A stretch of DNA of 64,000 bases from Polyangiales bacterium (GCA_964202905.1 CAXNJO010000003.1:224001-288000); one strand, 5' to 3'. Numbered from the stretch's first letter, positions 47,422-58,026 are shown. The notes: generated by a model not told the origin, from the sequence alone. A program made the numbers and translations.

Positions 47422-49410
47422 ATGCGCACCACCGTCCGGTCTGCCGTGCTGCTCGCGTGTCTGCTCTTCACCGCCTGCGGAGGCAGCGACACGCCCCCCG
47501 ATCGCCCCTCGCGTCCCGACGGCGGCACGGTCGCCCGTGACGAAGACGGCGACGGCATCACCGACGCGGACGAGGGACGCGCCGAGGGGCGCGACAGCGA
47601 CGGCGACGGCACGCCGGACTACCTCGACAACGACTCCGACGACGACGGGCTCCCCGATTCGCTCGAGGCGGGCGACGACCTCGCATCGACGCCGCCCATC
47701 GACACCGACGCCGACGGCGCGCCGGACTTCATCGACACGGACACGGACGGCAACGGCGTCCTCGACGCGGTCGAGGGCGACGGCGACCTCGACGGCGACG
47801 GCCTCGCGGACTACCGCGACTTCGACGACGACGGCGACCTGATCCGCGACGGGATGGAGCTCGGCGACGCGCCCGAGTCGACCGACAGCGACGGCGACGG
47901 CGTCCCGAACTGGCGCGATCCGGACAGCGACGGCGACACCATCCTCGATGGTCATGAGTTCGGCTTCGACACCGACGGGGACGCCCTCCCGGATCAGCGC
48001 GACCTCGACTCGGACGGCGACGGAATCCCCGACGCCGCCGAGGCGGGCGACGCCGACATCGCGACCCTGCCCGTCGACACCGACATGGACGGAACGCCCG
48101 ACTTCCGCGACACCGACGCCGACGACGACGGCCTCTCCGACGCCGACGAGGCCCTCGCGGGAACCTCGCCGACCACGGGCGACACGGACGGCGACGGCGT
48201 CTCGGATCTGATCGAGGTCGCCGCCTCCACCGACCCGCGCGACGCCGCCGACAGCCCGCGCGCGCGGGGCAATTTCGTGTTCGTCGTCCCCTACATGCAG
48301 CCGCCCGCGCCCCCGCGCGACACGCTCGGCTTCCGCACGAACATCCAGTTCGCGGACATCTACTTCCTCTTCGACATCTCCGGGTCGATGTCCGGCGAGA
48401 TCGGCGCGCTGCGTGGCGCCGTGTCCACGCTCGTCGACGACTTCACCTGCATGGACAGCGGCATCGCGTGCACGTCCGACGCCGAGTGCGCGAGCCCGCT
48501 CGTGTGCAGCCGCCTGAGCGGCACGTGCATCGAGAATCCCGCGACGAGCGCGTGCCTGCTGAGCACGTACAGCGGCGCGGGCTACTACGAGGCCAGCTAC
48601 CGCAACCTCCTCTCGCTGCAGCCGAGCCCGGCCGCGACGTCGGCGGCCCTCGCCGTCGCGACGTTCGGTGGCACGGAGAGCCTCTACCGCGCGCTCTGGG
48701 GCGTCGCGGATCCGCGCGGCGCGCCCGGCTCGCCGGCGGACTGCGCGGCCCCGATGCCGGGCTTCGTCGGCTGCCCGGCGTTCCGCGACGAAGCCGTGAA
48801 GATCGTCGTCGCCTTCACCGACGAGGACAGCGACGGAGCCGAGACCTCGCTCTCGGCTTCGACCGCGCTGCGCGCCGCGGAGATCAAAGTCATCGGCGTC
48901 TGGAGCGGCGCGACGACGAGCACGGCGCGCACGGACCTCGTCGACGTCGTGCGCGACTCGGGCTCGCTCGACCCGGCCGGCATGCCCCTCGTCTACAACG
49001 GCGCAGACGCGTCGGTCGTGCCCGCGGTCGCAGGCGCGATCCGCACGATCGTCGAGGGCGTGCCCATCCGCGTCACGATCGAGGCGACGGATCAGCCCGA
49101 CGACGCGGGCGACGCGCTGCCCTTCATCGAGCGCCTCGAGGTCAACGTGAGCGGCGGCGACTGCACCGCCGTCGCCGAGCTCGAGGACACGAACGGCGAC
49201 GGCTTCAACGACGCCTTCCCGTCGCTGCGCCCCGGCACGCCCGTCTGCTGGGACGTCGTCGCGCGGGAGAACGCCACCGTGATGCCGACCCGCAGCCCGC
49301 AGATCTTCAAGGCGCTGCTCACCGTCCGCGGCAACGGCTCGCCGCTCGACACGCGCGACGTGTACTTCCTCGTCCCGCCCACCATCCCGATGCCCGGCGG
49401 TCCCGGCTGA
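47422..49410 (+). CDS. Lipoprotein with TSP3-like Ca-binding repeats and a VWA domain (CglD-like)
   Basis: Lipobox LFTAC; many DxDGDGxPD repeats; DIYFLFDISGSM (MIDAS) and AFTDE. Confidence 0.8.
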   Translation: MRTTVRSAVLLACLLFTACGGSDTPPDRPSRPDGGTVARDEDGDGITDADEGRAEGRDSDGDGTPDYLDNDSDDDGLPDSLEAGDDLASTPPIDTDADGAPDFIDTDTDGNGVLDAVEGDGDLDGDGLADYRDFDDDGDLIRDGMELGDAPESTDSDGDGVPNWRDPDSDGDTILDGHEFGFDTDGDALPDQRDLDSDGDGIPDAAEAGDADIATLPVDTDMDGTPDFRDTDADDDGLSDADEALAGTSPTTGDTDGDGVSDLIEVAASTDPRDAADSPRARGNFVFVVPYMQPPAPPRDTLGFRTNIQFADIYFLFDISGSMSGEIGALRGAVSTLVDDFTCMDSGIACTSDAECASPLVCSRLSGTCIENPATSACLLSTYSGAGYYEASYRNLLSLQPSPAATSAALAVATFGGTESLYRALWGVADPRGAPGSPADCAAPMPGFVGCPAFRDEAVKIVVAFTDEDSDGAETSLSASTALRAAEIKVIGVWSGATTSTARTDLVDVVRDSGSLDPAGMPLVYNGADASVVPAVAGAIRTIVEGVPIRVTIEATDQPDDAGDALPFIERLEVNVSGGDCTAVAELEDTNGDGFNDAFPSLRPGTPVCWDVVARENATVMPTRSPQIFKALLTVRGNGSPLDTRDVYFLVPPTIPMPGGPG

Positions 49411-49495
49411 TCGCCCACGATCCATCGCGAACGCGCATGCCATCCACGGTGATGGACATTGCCGCGCACGCTGCAGCCGTGCGACGAAGCCGCCC

Positions 49496-51763
49496 ATGCG
49501 CATCGCGTGTCGCACGCTCCCATCATTCGCGTTTCTGCTGCTCGTCGCGTGCGGCGCCGCGCCTCCTTCCGGTGCGCCGGGCCTCGCGGAATCCGTCGCG
49601 CCGCCCGGCCCCCCGCTGCTTCCCGTGAGCTCGGCCACACCCACCGATCCGCGCCGTGCGCTCGACGACGCCGCCCGAGCCGGCGCCATCACCGAGACGC
49701 TGCACGGGCTCGTCGTCGCCGATCCGTACCGCGCCCTCGAGGAAGACACCGCCGCGACGCGCGCGTGGATCGACGCGCAGAGCACGCGCACCGGGTCGGC
49801 GCTCGACGCGCTCGCCGTGCCCGCGCGCCAGGAGCGGCTCGCCGCGCTGCTCGCGATCGGCACGATCTCGCGCGTCGTCACCGCCGGCCCGCGCGTCTTC
49901 TACCTGAAGCGCGAGGCGGGCGAAGAGCAGCCCTCGCTCTGGGTCGCCGAAGACCGCGGCCGCCGCGACGCCGCCCTGCCCGCGCCAGCCCCGCGGCGCC
50001 TCCTCGACCCGACACGCCTGCCCGGCGCCGACCCGGCCGCGCGCGCCGCGCTCGACTGGTTCTATCCGTCCCCGAAGGGCCGCCTCGTCGCGCTCGGCAT
50101 CTCCACGAACGGCGACGAGCGCAGCACGCTCCACGTCCTCGACGTCGCGACGGGCGCGCTGCTCCCGGAGCGCATCGCGCGCACCAAGTGGTGCAACCTC
50201 GCGTGGCTGAACGACGAGCGCGGCTTCTACTACACGCGCTACCCCGCGCCCGGCGAGCCGGACTTCGACGCCGCGCACGAGGACACGTATTTCCCGCGCG
50301 TCTTCTTCCACGCGCTCAGCGCGGATGCCGCCGCCGACCCGCGCATCTACGGCGGCGCGCGCGGCACCGATTTCCCAAGCCCCTCCGTCTCCGACGACGA
50401 CCGCTGGCTCGTCGTCAACGACTTCCGCGGCTGGTCCGCGTCCGACGTGCACCTCGTCGATCGCCGCGCGCCCGCCGACGCCTCCGGCGCGCCCGTCGTG
50501 CGCCCCGTCGTCACGGGCCGCGACGCGCTCACGAGCGGCCGCGTGCACGGCGGCAGGCTCTACCTCCTCACCAACCTCGACGCCCCGCGCTACCGCGTCG
50601 TCGTCGCCGATCGCCCAGAAAACGCGGCCGATCCGGCGCGCTGGCGCACCGTGATCCCCGAAGGCGACGCGCCCATCGAGGGCTACGAGTTCGTCGCCGA
50701 TCGCCTCGTCGTGCAGACGATCGACGACGTGCGCGCGCGCGTCCGCGTCTACGGGCTCGACGGCCGCGAGGAGCCCGAGCTCGCGCTGCCGACGCGCGGC
50801 TCGATCGACGGGCTCGGCGCCGACCCCAGCTCCGCGCGCCTCGCCTACGCGTTCAGCTCGTACTTCCTCGCGCCGACGCTCTCCACCTGGGATGTCCGCA
50901 GCCGCACCGCGACCGTGCTCGATCGCGTCGCGAGCGACGTCGACGCGGGCGCCTTCGAGCTCACGCAGGAGCGCGTGCCCTCCGCGGATGGCACGCCCAT
51001 CAACGTCTACCTCGTGCACCGGCGCGGACTGCGCCGCGACGGCACGAACCCGGTGCTGCTCACGGGCTACGGCGGCTTCAACGTCTCGCTCTACCCGACC
51101 TTCACGCGGCACGCGCTCTACTTCCTCGAGCGCGGCGGCGTCTTCGCGGTCGCGAACCTGCGCGGCGGCGCGGAGTTCGGCGAGGCGTGGCACCGCGCCG
51201 GGAACCTGCTGAACAAGAAGCACGTCTTCGAGGACTTCGAGGCCGTGATCCGCTGGCTCGCGTCGAGCGGCGTGTCCTCGCCCGCGCGCATCGCCATCAC
51301 CGGCGGCTCGAACGGCGGGCTGCTCATGGGCGCGATGATCACGCGCTGCCCCGACGCCTTCCGCGCCGCGGCGACCTACGTCGGCCTCTACGACATGGTC
51401 CGCTACGAGCGCTTCCCGCCCGCCGAGCTCTGGACGAGCGAGTACGGCAGCGCCGCCGACCCCGAGCAGCTCCGCTACCTGCACGCCTACTCGCCGTACC
51501 ACCAGGTGCGCGCCGGCACGCCCTACCCCGCCGTGCTCGTCGAGACGGCCGACCACGACAGCCGCGTGCACTGGGCGCACTCCACGAAGTTCGCCGCCGC
51601 GCTGATGGCCGCGACGTCGAGCGAGCGCCCCGTCTGGTTCTACCGCGAGCGCGCCGTCGGCCATGGCGCCGGCACGCGCCTCAGCGATCTCGTCCGCCGC
51701 TACGCGCGCATGTACGCCTTCGTGGAACACGAGCTCGGCATGGACGCGCCTGCCACGCCCTGA
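49496..51763 (+). CDS. Prolyl oligopeptidase (S9A) lipoprotein
   Basis: Lipobox LLVAC; DPYRALE, GYGGFN, NLRGGAEFG, GGSNGGLL, DHDSRV and GHGAG motifs. Confidence 0.94.
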   Translation: MRIACRTLPSFAFLLLVACGAAPPSGAPGLAESVAPPGPPLLPVSSATPTDPRRALDDAARAGAITETLHGLVVADPYRALEEDTAATRAWIDAQSTRTGSALDALAVPARQERLAALLAIGTISRVVTAGPRVFYLKREAGEEQPSLWVAEDRGRRDAALPAPAPRRLLDPTRLPGADPAARAALDWFYPSPKGRLVALGISTNGDERSTLHVLDVATGALLPERIARTKWCNLAWLNDERGFYYTRYPAPGEPDFDAAHEDTYFPRVFFHALSADAAADPRIYGGARGTDFPSPSVSDDDRWLVVNDFRGWSASDVHLVDRRAPADASGAPVVRPVVTGRDALTSGRVHGGRLYLLTNLDAPRYRVVVADRPENAADPARWRTVIPEGDAPIEGYEFVADRLVVQTIDDVRARVRVYGLDGREEPELALPTRGSIDGLGADPSSARLAYAFSSYFLAPTLSTWDVRSRTATVLDRVASDVDAGAFELTQERVPSADGTPINVYLVHRRGLRRDGTNPVLLTGYGGFNVSLYPTFTRHALYFLERGGVFAVANLRGGAEFGEAWHRAGNLLNKKHVFEDFEAVIRWLASSGVSSPARIAITGGSNGGLLMGAMITRCPDAFRAAATYVGLYDMVRYERFPPAELWTSEYGSAADPEQLRYLHAYSPYHQVRAGTPYPAVLVETADHDSRVHWAHSTKFAAALMAATSSERPVWFYRERAVGHGAGTRLSDLVRRYARMYAFVEHELGMDAPATP

Positions 51764-51794
51764 GCGCGTACGCGCTCGGGAAATGAATGGCGAT

Positions 51795-52484
51795 TCAGCG
51801 CGCGGCGGCGAACGTCCGCGCGAAGCTCGGGTGCGCGGCGAGCGTGTCGAGCGACTGCGCGAGCAGCGACTTGCCGGGCTCGAGTTTCGGCCACGACGAG
51901 AGCCCGCTCGGGTGCGGCAGCGCGACCCAGTCCACCTCGTGTCCGAAGAACGTCGCGCGGTGCAGCGGACCGACCACCGCGTCGAGCGTGCCAAACGGTC
52001 GCTGCGCGAGGCGCTCGATCGCGAGCCTTCCCACGGCGATGACGAGCCGCGGCCGCACGATGCGCACCTCCTCGCGCATCCACGCGGCGCAGCGCTCGAT
52101 CTCGTCGCGCACGGGCACGCGGTCGCCGCCGCCGCTCTTCGCCTTGCCCGGGAAACAGCGCAGCACCGCGGTCATGTAGACGCGCGCGCGGAAGTCGGCC
52201 TCGCTCACGCCGATCGTGCCGAACCAGCGGAAGAGCGTCTTGCCCGCCGTCCACGCGAAGGGCTGCCCGATCGCGCCTTCGTGGATGCCCGGCGCCTGCC
52301 CGATGAAGAAGATCTCCGTCTCGACGGCGCGCCCGCTGACGACGGGCGGGATCACGTCCGGGCACTGCCGGCACCCGAGCAGCGCCTCGCGGTGGACGAC
52401 GAGCGGGTGCCGCGCAGACAGCGCGGGCCGGTGCCCCGCGTCGGCGTGCGCGGTCGGTTCGGGATCGCGCGGAGGGGCGCTCAT
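51795..52484 (-). CDS. Uracil-DNA glycosylase family protein
   Basis: CRQC, IGQAPG, PFAWTAGKTLFRW, RCFPGK and LPHPSG motifs. Confidence 0.9.
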   Translation of the reverse strand: MSAPPRDPEPTAHADAGHRPALSARHPLVVHREALLGCRQCPDVIPPVVSGRAVETEIFFIGQAPGIHEGAIGQPFAWTAGKTLFRWFGTIGVSEADFRARVYMTAVLRCFPGKAKSGGGDRVPVRDEIERCAAWMREEVRIVRPRLVIAVGRLAIERLAQRPFGTLDAVVGPLHRATFFGHEVDWVALPHPSGLSSWPKLEPGKSLLAQSLDTLAAHPSFARTFAAAR

Positions 52485-52683
52485 CGGGCCGAGTATGCCG
52501 CAGCCACGCGCGGCGCCGCACCGCGCGTGGCTGCGCCGCAGGTCACCGTCATGCCAGCGCTCGCCCGGAGGCGCATGACGGAATCGTGACCCGTAGCGGA
52601 TGGGGCCGTGGCGCGCAGGTGGTCTAGTGGCTTCGTCGCGCCCTGCACGCCGCCGCGCGCGGCCCCTCCCGGAGACTCACGCC

Positions 52684-53514
52684 GTGGCCGCCATCCTCAC
52701 CTTCTTCGTCGCGCACTGGGTGCTCTCGCTCTTCTCGCAGACGTTCTTCCTGCACCGCTACGCGGCGCACCGGATGTTCACGATGAGCCCGGGCTGGGAG
52801 CGTTTCTTCTATCTCTTCCTCTACGCGACGCAGGGCTCCTCGTACCTGATCCCGCGCGCGTACGCGGTGCTGCACCGCGAGCACCACGCCTTCAGCGACA
52901 CCGAGCGCGATCCGCACTCGCCGCACACCTACCCGAGCGTTCAGCAGATGATGCTCGCCACGAAGGACCGCTACTACGGCTTCGTAAACCGCACGATCGC
53001 CCCGGAGAAGCGCTTCGAGGGCGGCGCCCCCGAGTGGCCCGCGCTCGATCGCTTCGGCGACAGCTGGCTCTCGCGCATCGGCGTCGGCGCGCTCTACACG
53101 CTGTTCTACGTGGCCTTTGCGCCGCACTGGGCGTTCTACCTGCTGCTCCCCGTGCACTACCTGATGGGCCCCATCCACGGCGCGATCGTGAACTGGTGCG
53201 GTCACAAGTACGGCTACCGCAACTTCGCGAGCGACGACCGCTCACGCAACACGCTGCCCTTCGACTTCCTCATGCTCGGCGAGCTCTTCCAGAACAACCA
53301 CCACGAGTTCGGCATGGCGCCGAACTTCGCGGCGCGCTGGTTCGAGATCGACCCGACCTGGACGGTCATCCGCGCCCTCGACGTCGTCGGCGTCATCCGC
53401 CTCTCGCCCCACATCCAGAAGGCCCGTTGGACGCCCGCCGCCCGCGTGTCGAAGCCGCGCGCCAAGGCCCGTCCCGCGCACGAGGCCCCGCTCGCGATGG
53501 ACCCGGCGGAGTAG
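52684..53514 (+). CDS. Acyl-CoA (delta-9-type) desaturase
   Basis: His boxes HRYAAH, HREHH and QNNHH; DPHSP and EIDPTW. Confidence 0.9.
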   Translation: MAAILTFFVAHWVLSLFSQTFFLHRYAAHRMFTMSPGWERFFYLFLYATQGSSYLIPRAYAVLHREHHAFSDTERDPHSPHTYPSVQQMMLATKDRYYGFVNRTIAPEKRFEGGAPEWPALDRFGDSWLSRIGVGALYTLFYVAFAPHWAFYLLLPVHYLMGPIHGAIVNWCGHKYGYRNFASDDRSRNTLPFDFLMLGELFQNNHHEFGMAPNFAARWFEIDPTWTVIRALDVVGVIRLSPHIQKARWTPAARVSKPRAKARPAHEAPLAMDPAE

Positions 53515-53642
53515 TCCACGCCGCGGCCCGCGACGCACGCGGACGCGCACCGCCGCTCCCGCGCGCTGCGTCACGACTTCATCCGACCCGCTCCGCCGCA
53601 CTGGCCGCCCCCGCGGACGGGGCGTAGACTCGGCGCCCCAAG

Positions 53643-56567
53643 ATGGACCAGGATTTCGGCGTCAATCAGTCGCTCGTCGAAGAGCTCTACCTCCGCTATT
53701 GCGAGAACCCGCATTCCGTCGAGGATGCGTGGCGGAAGTACTTCGACGCCTTCCAAGCGGCACAGGAGCGCACGACCGGCGGCTCCCTCGTCGCGCCCGC
53801 GCCCGTCGAGGCCCTCCTCGCGCCGCCCCGCGCCCCGCGCATCGAGCCGACGAACGGCCCTGCGCCCCGCGGCAGCGAAGCGCTCGGCGGCAACGGCCAC
53901 AGCGCCCACGCGCTCGTCGCCATCCTCCCGACGAGCGCCGAGTTCGTGCCGGGCTGGACGGGCGAGCGCATGGCGTCGGTCGCGCCGCCCGCCGGCGTGC
54001 GCGACGCGGTCGCGCTGCAGGGCCGCGTCTCCGCCCTCATCAACGCCTACCGCGTACGCGGTCACCTGTTCGCGCAGATCGATCCGCTCGGCCTCCTCGA
54101 GCCGCCGCCCTTCGAGCTCGGCCTCGCGAAGTTCGGCCTCGCCGAGATCGACCCCGACACCGTCTTCTCGACGGGCGATCTCGCCGGCCCCGCGGAGCTC
54201 CCGCTGCGCGAGATCGTCGCGCGCCTGACGGCCACCTACTGCCGCTCGATCGGCGTCGAGTACACGCACGTCGAGGACCCGGACGAGCGCCTCTGGCTCC
54301 AAGAGCGGATGGAGTCCACGCAAAACCACGCGAAGCTCTCCCGCGAAGAGCAGGTGCGCGTCCTCTCGAAGCTCACCGACGCCGAGGTCTTCGAGACCTT
54401 CATCCACACGAATTACGTCGGCAAGAAGCGCTTCAGCATCGAGGGCGGCGAGAGCACGATCCCGCTGCTCGATCTGCTCGTGGAATACAGCGGCCGCCTC
54501 GGCGTCGAGGAGATCGTCTTCGGCATGGCCCACCGCGGCCGGCTGAACGTCCTCGTCAACGTCCTCGAGAAGGACGCGAAGGAGATCTTCGCGGGCTTCG
54601 ACGACAAGCACCCCGAGCTGAACCTCGGGCGCGGCGACGTGAAGTACCACCTCGGCTACTCCTCGGACCGCGTCGTCAGCACCGGCGAGAAGGTCCACCT
54701 CACGCTCACGTTCAATCCGTCGCACCTCGAGTTCGTCAACGCGATCATCGAGGGCCGCGCCCGCGCCAAGCAGGACCGCGTCGGCGACGTCGACACCCGC
54801 CGCAAGGTCCTCGCGCTCCAGATCCACGGCGACGCCGCCTTCATCGGGCAGGGCATCGTGCCCGAGGTGCTGAACCTCTCGCTGCTCACGGGCTACCGCA
54901 CGGGCGGCACGATCCACCTCGTCATCAACAACCAGATCGGGTTCACGACGGCGACGGAGGACGCGCGCTCGACGCGCTACGCGACCGACATCGTCCGCAT
55001 GCTGCGCTGCCCGGTCTTCCACGTGAACGGCGAGGATCCGGAGGCCGTCGTGCAGGTCGTGCGTCTCGCGACCGAGTACCGGCACCGCTACGGGCGCGAC
55101 GTCGTCATCGATCTCCTCTGCTACCGCAAGTACGGCCACAACGAGGCCGACGAGCCGCGCTTCACGAAGCCCGTGATGTACGCGGCCATCGACAAGAAGC
55201 CCACGATCCGCAAGCTCTACAGCCAGCGTCTCGTCGAGATGGGAACCATCGACGAGGCCACCGCCGACACCATCGCGCAAGGTCGCAAGCGCTTCTTCGA
55301 GGAGGCCCTCCGCGAGGCCCGCGACACGAACCTCGCGCCGAAGGCGAACACCGGCGGCGGCGTGTGGAGGGGCTACCGCGGCGGCTCCGACGCCGAGGTC
55401 GACGAGCCCGACACGCGTGTGTCGCGCGAGTCGCTGCTCGCCTTGATCGGCAAGCTCACGACCCTGCCCGAGGACTTCAAGCCGCACCCGAAGGTCATCA
55501 GCACGGTGCTCGAGCCGCGCAAGAAGGCCGGCGAGGGGCAGCCCTTCCCGTGGGCCGTCGGCGAGCATCTCGCCTTCGCGTCGCTGCTCGAGGCCGGCAC
55601 GCCGATCCGCTTCACCGGTCAGGACGCGCGCCGCGGCACGTTCAACACGCGCCACGCCGTGCTCTTCGACAACGACACCGGCAAGACCTTCTGCCCGCTC
55701 GCGCACCTGCGCACCGGGCAGGGCCGCGTCGACTTCTGGGACTCCCCGCTCAGCGAGCAGGGCGTGCTCGGCTTCGAGTACGGTTACTCCCTCGACTCGC
55801 CCGACGCGCTCGTCGTGTGGGAGGCGCAGTTCGGCGATTTCGCGAACGGCGCACAGGTCATCATCGACCAGTTCATCGTCAGCGGCGAAGACAAGTGGTC
55901 GCGCTTGTCGGGCCTCGTGCTGATGCTGCCGCACGGCTTCGAGGGGCAGGGCCCGGAGCATTCGTCGGCGCGCCTCGAGCGCTTCCTGACGCTCGCGGCC
56001 GAGGACAACATCCAGGTCCAGAACCTCACGACGAGCGCGCAGCTCTTCCACTCGCTGCGTCGGCAGATGCTGCGGCCGTACCGCAAGCCGCTCGTGCTGA
56101 TGACCCCGAAGAGCATGCTCCGCCTCCCCGAGGCCATGAGCACGCTCGACGAGCTCGTGAACGGCCGCTTCCAGCGCGTCATCGCCGACACGAGCGGCAC
56201 CGACGCGAAGAAGGTCCGCCGCGTACTCCTCTGCTCCGGCAAGGTCTATTACGACCTCGACAAGGCGCGGCGCGAGCGCAAGGCCGAGGACATCCACATC
56301 GTCCGCCTCGAGCAGCTCTACCCGCTCCGCGCCGAGCACGTCGCCCCGGCCCTCGCGCCCTACGGCAAGAAGACCGAGCTCGTGTGGGTGCAGGAGGAGC
56401 CCGCGAACAGCGGGGCCTGGTATCCGCTCTGCGCGCGCGCGGAGGCCCTCTTCGGCTGCCCGCTGCGGCTCGTCTCCCGCACCGAGAGCGCGAGCCCGGC
56501 GACGGGCAGCGAGGCGAGCCACAAGCTCGAGCAGGCGCAGCTCATGGACGCGGCGTTCGCGAAGTAG
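53643..56567 (+). CDS. sucA: 2-oxoglutarate dehydrogenase E1 component
   Basis: KRFSIEGGE, GMAHRGRLN, DVKYHLG, HGDAAF, GHNEAD, WEAQFGDF and GPEHSSAR motifs. Confidence 0.97.
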   Translation: MDQDFGVNQSLVEELYLRYCENPHSVEDAWRKYFDAFQAAQERTTGGSLVAPAPVEALLAPPRAPRIEPTNGPAPRGSEALGGNGHSAHALVAILPTSAEFVPGWTGERMASVAPPAGVRDAVALQGRVSALINAYRVRGHLFAQIDPLGLLEPPPFELGLAKFGLAEIDPDTVFSTGDLAGPAELPLREIVARLTATYCRSIGVEYTHVEDPDERLWLQERMESTQNHAKLSREEQVRVLSKLTDAEVFETFIHTNYVGKKRFSIEGGESTIPLLDLLVEYSGRLGVEEIVFGMAHRGRLNVLVNVLEKDAKEIFAGFDDKHPELNLGRGDVKYHLGYSSDRVVSTGEKVHLTLTFNPSHLEFVNAIIEGRARAKQDRVGDVDTRRKVLALQIHGDAAFIGQGIVPEVLNLSLLTGYRTGGTIHLVINNQIGFTTATEDARSTRYATDIVRMLRCPVFHVNGEDPEAVVQVVRLATEYRHRYGRDVVIDLLCYRKYGHNEADEPRFTKPVMYAAIDKKPTIRKLYSQRLVEMGTIDEATADTIAQGRKRFFEEALREARDTNLAPKANTGGGVWRGYRGGSDAEVDEPDTRVSRESLLALIGKLTTLPEDFKPHPKVISTVLEPRKKAGEGQPFPWAVGEHLAFASLLEAGTPIRFTGQDARRGTFNTRHAVLFDNDTGKTFCPLAHLRTGQGRVDFWDSPLSEQGVLGFEYGYSLDSPDALVVWEAQFGDFANGAQVIIDQFIVSGEDKWSRLSGLVLMLPHGFEGQGPEHSSARLERFLTLAAEDNIQVQNLTTSAQLFHSLRRQMLRPYRKPLVLMTPKSMLRLPEAMSTLDELVNGRFQRVIADTSGTDAKKVRRVLLCSGKVYYDLDKARRERKAEDIHIVRLEQLYPLRAEHVAPALAPYGKKTELVWVQEEPANSGAWYPLCARAEALFGCPLRLVSRTESASPATGSEASHKLEQAQLMDAAFAK

Positions 56568-56655
56568 GCGCCGCGACACGCCACTTGAATCCGGACGCGG
56601 TGGGGCGCGTCTGAGCCGCGCACGCCGTGCGGGGCGCACGGATACATCGATGACT

Positions 56656-56823
56656 GGGCGGACGGTCCTTGTGATTCGCGGGCCAGGCGCCCGTGGGTTG
56701 GGCGGGCCAGAAGCCCGTGGGTTGGGCGGGCCAGAAGCCCGTGGGATGGGCGGGCCAGAAGCCCGTGGGACTTCCGGGCGCAGGGCCCGTGTGACTGGCG
56801 GGCGACGAGCCCGTGTGGAGGCT
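56656..56823. repeat. Tandem array of seven 24-bp units containing a CGGGC-N5-GCCCG palindrome
   Basis: Units begin at 56656, 56680, 56704, 56728, 56752, 56776 and 56800; core GGGCCAGAAGCCCGTGGGTTGGGC; flanking units are degenerate. Confidence 0.88.
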
Positions 56824-56827
56824 TCTC

Positions 56828-57950
56828 ATGATGACGATGCGTCGGTCTGTCTGGGGTTCGCTCGCGATGGCGGCGACGGTGCTCGCGGGCTGCGTGGTGA
56901 CGGTCGAGGTGTGGACGCCCATCGGGTCGGACGCCTCGGCGACGGGCTCGTGGACGGTCAACGGCCAGCCTGCGAGCGCGGGCGTCTGTGACGCGGCGGG
57001 CATCAATTCGGTAGCGATCCGCTTCGACAACGGCTTCGACCCCGCCGTGATTCCGCCGCAGTTCGTGTTCGACTGCGCGTCGGGCGGGTTCAACCTGCCG
57101 AACGTCCTCGCTGCGGGCACGTACAACGCGACCTGGATCATCGACACCGACACGACGGACGTCGTCTCCCCCGCGGGCGCCTTCACCGTGGGCTTCGGGG
57201 ACACCGCGAACTTCACGCCGATCGACATCGTGACCACCCCGGCGGGCTTCAACCCGAAGGGCAACGACTTCACGATGGACGGCATGTGGACGCTGAACGG
57301 CGGCCCCGCGACCACGGCCACCTGCGCCGCGGCCGGCATCAGCAACGTGCAGCTTGTCATCCAGCAGGCCGGCGAGACGTACACCGAGCCCGGCTTCGTC
57401 TTCTCCTGCGCGGGCGGCGCCTTCGACACGCGCACGCTCACCCCGGCGATCCGCTTCACCTACGGCAACTACATGACCTTCTGGCGCGCGCTCGACGCGT
57501 CGGGCGCGAACATCGGCATGAGCGCGCCGCTGCCGCTCGTCGTCAACGCGCCCATCACGCACTCCACGCTCGCGACCGCCGACTTCGTCGTCGCCACGCC
57601 CGAGTCGCTCACCATCAACCTCACCTACGACACCGTCTCGGGCCCCGGCGTGATGTCGGACACCGACTGCACGGGCGCGGGCGTCGCGACGATCTTCTAC
57701 ACGCTGCGCGACGTGACCGGCGGCGGCACGGGCACCGTGGTCGCGGAGAGCCGGCCGCCGCGGGCATCCCGTGCAGCGGCAGCAGACTCGTGTTCGGCAA
57801 CGACATTCGTCATGGGCGGCCGCACGTATGTCCTTCTACATCGAGGCCGCGAACGCCGCGGGCCTCAAGCAGTGGATGGCCTTCGACGACACGCTCTCGG
57901 TCGCGGCGATGACGCCCGAGTTCTACAACATCGCGCTCGACAAGAACTGA
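56828..57950 (+). CDS. Secreted lipoprotein with repeated beta-rich domains (frameshifts ~57750-57830)
   Basis: Lipobox VLAGC; repeated WTxNGxPAxxxxCxAAGI...FxCxxGxF; probable true end ...PEFYNIALDKN* at 57950. Confidence 0.7.
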
Positions 57951-57984
57951 GCGCGGCGCGCGCCTCGACCCGCGCGACCTCCCC

Positions 57985-58026
57985 GGACGCCCCGCAGGCC
58001 ACGTGCCCGCGGGGCGTTCGCGTTTC
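57985..58026 (+). terminator. Putative intrinsic terminator hairpin
   Basis: GGACGCCCCGC...GCGGGGCGTTC stem followed by GCGTTTC, 35 nt after the stop. Confidence 0.45.

Noticed and set aside
56650..56991. Repeat protein (GGPEARGL)n encoded by the 24-bp array
   Set aside because: A 24-bp unit keeps frames open trivially, the ORF overlaps the lipoprotein gene out of frame, and conservation follows the DNA palindrome.
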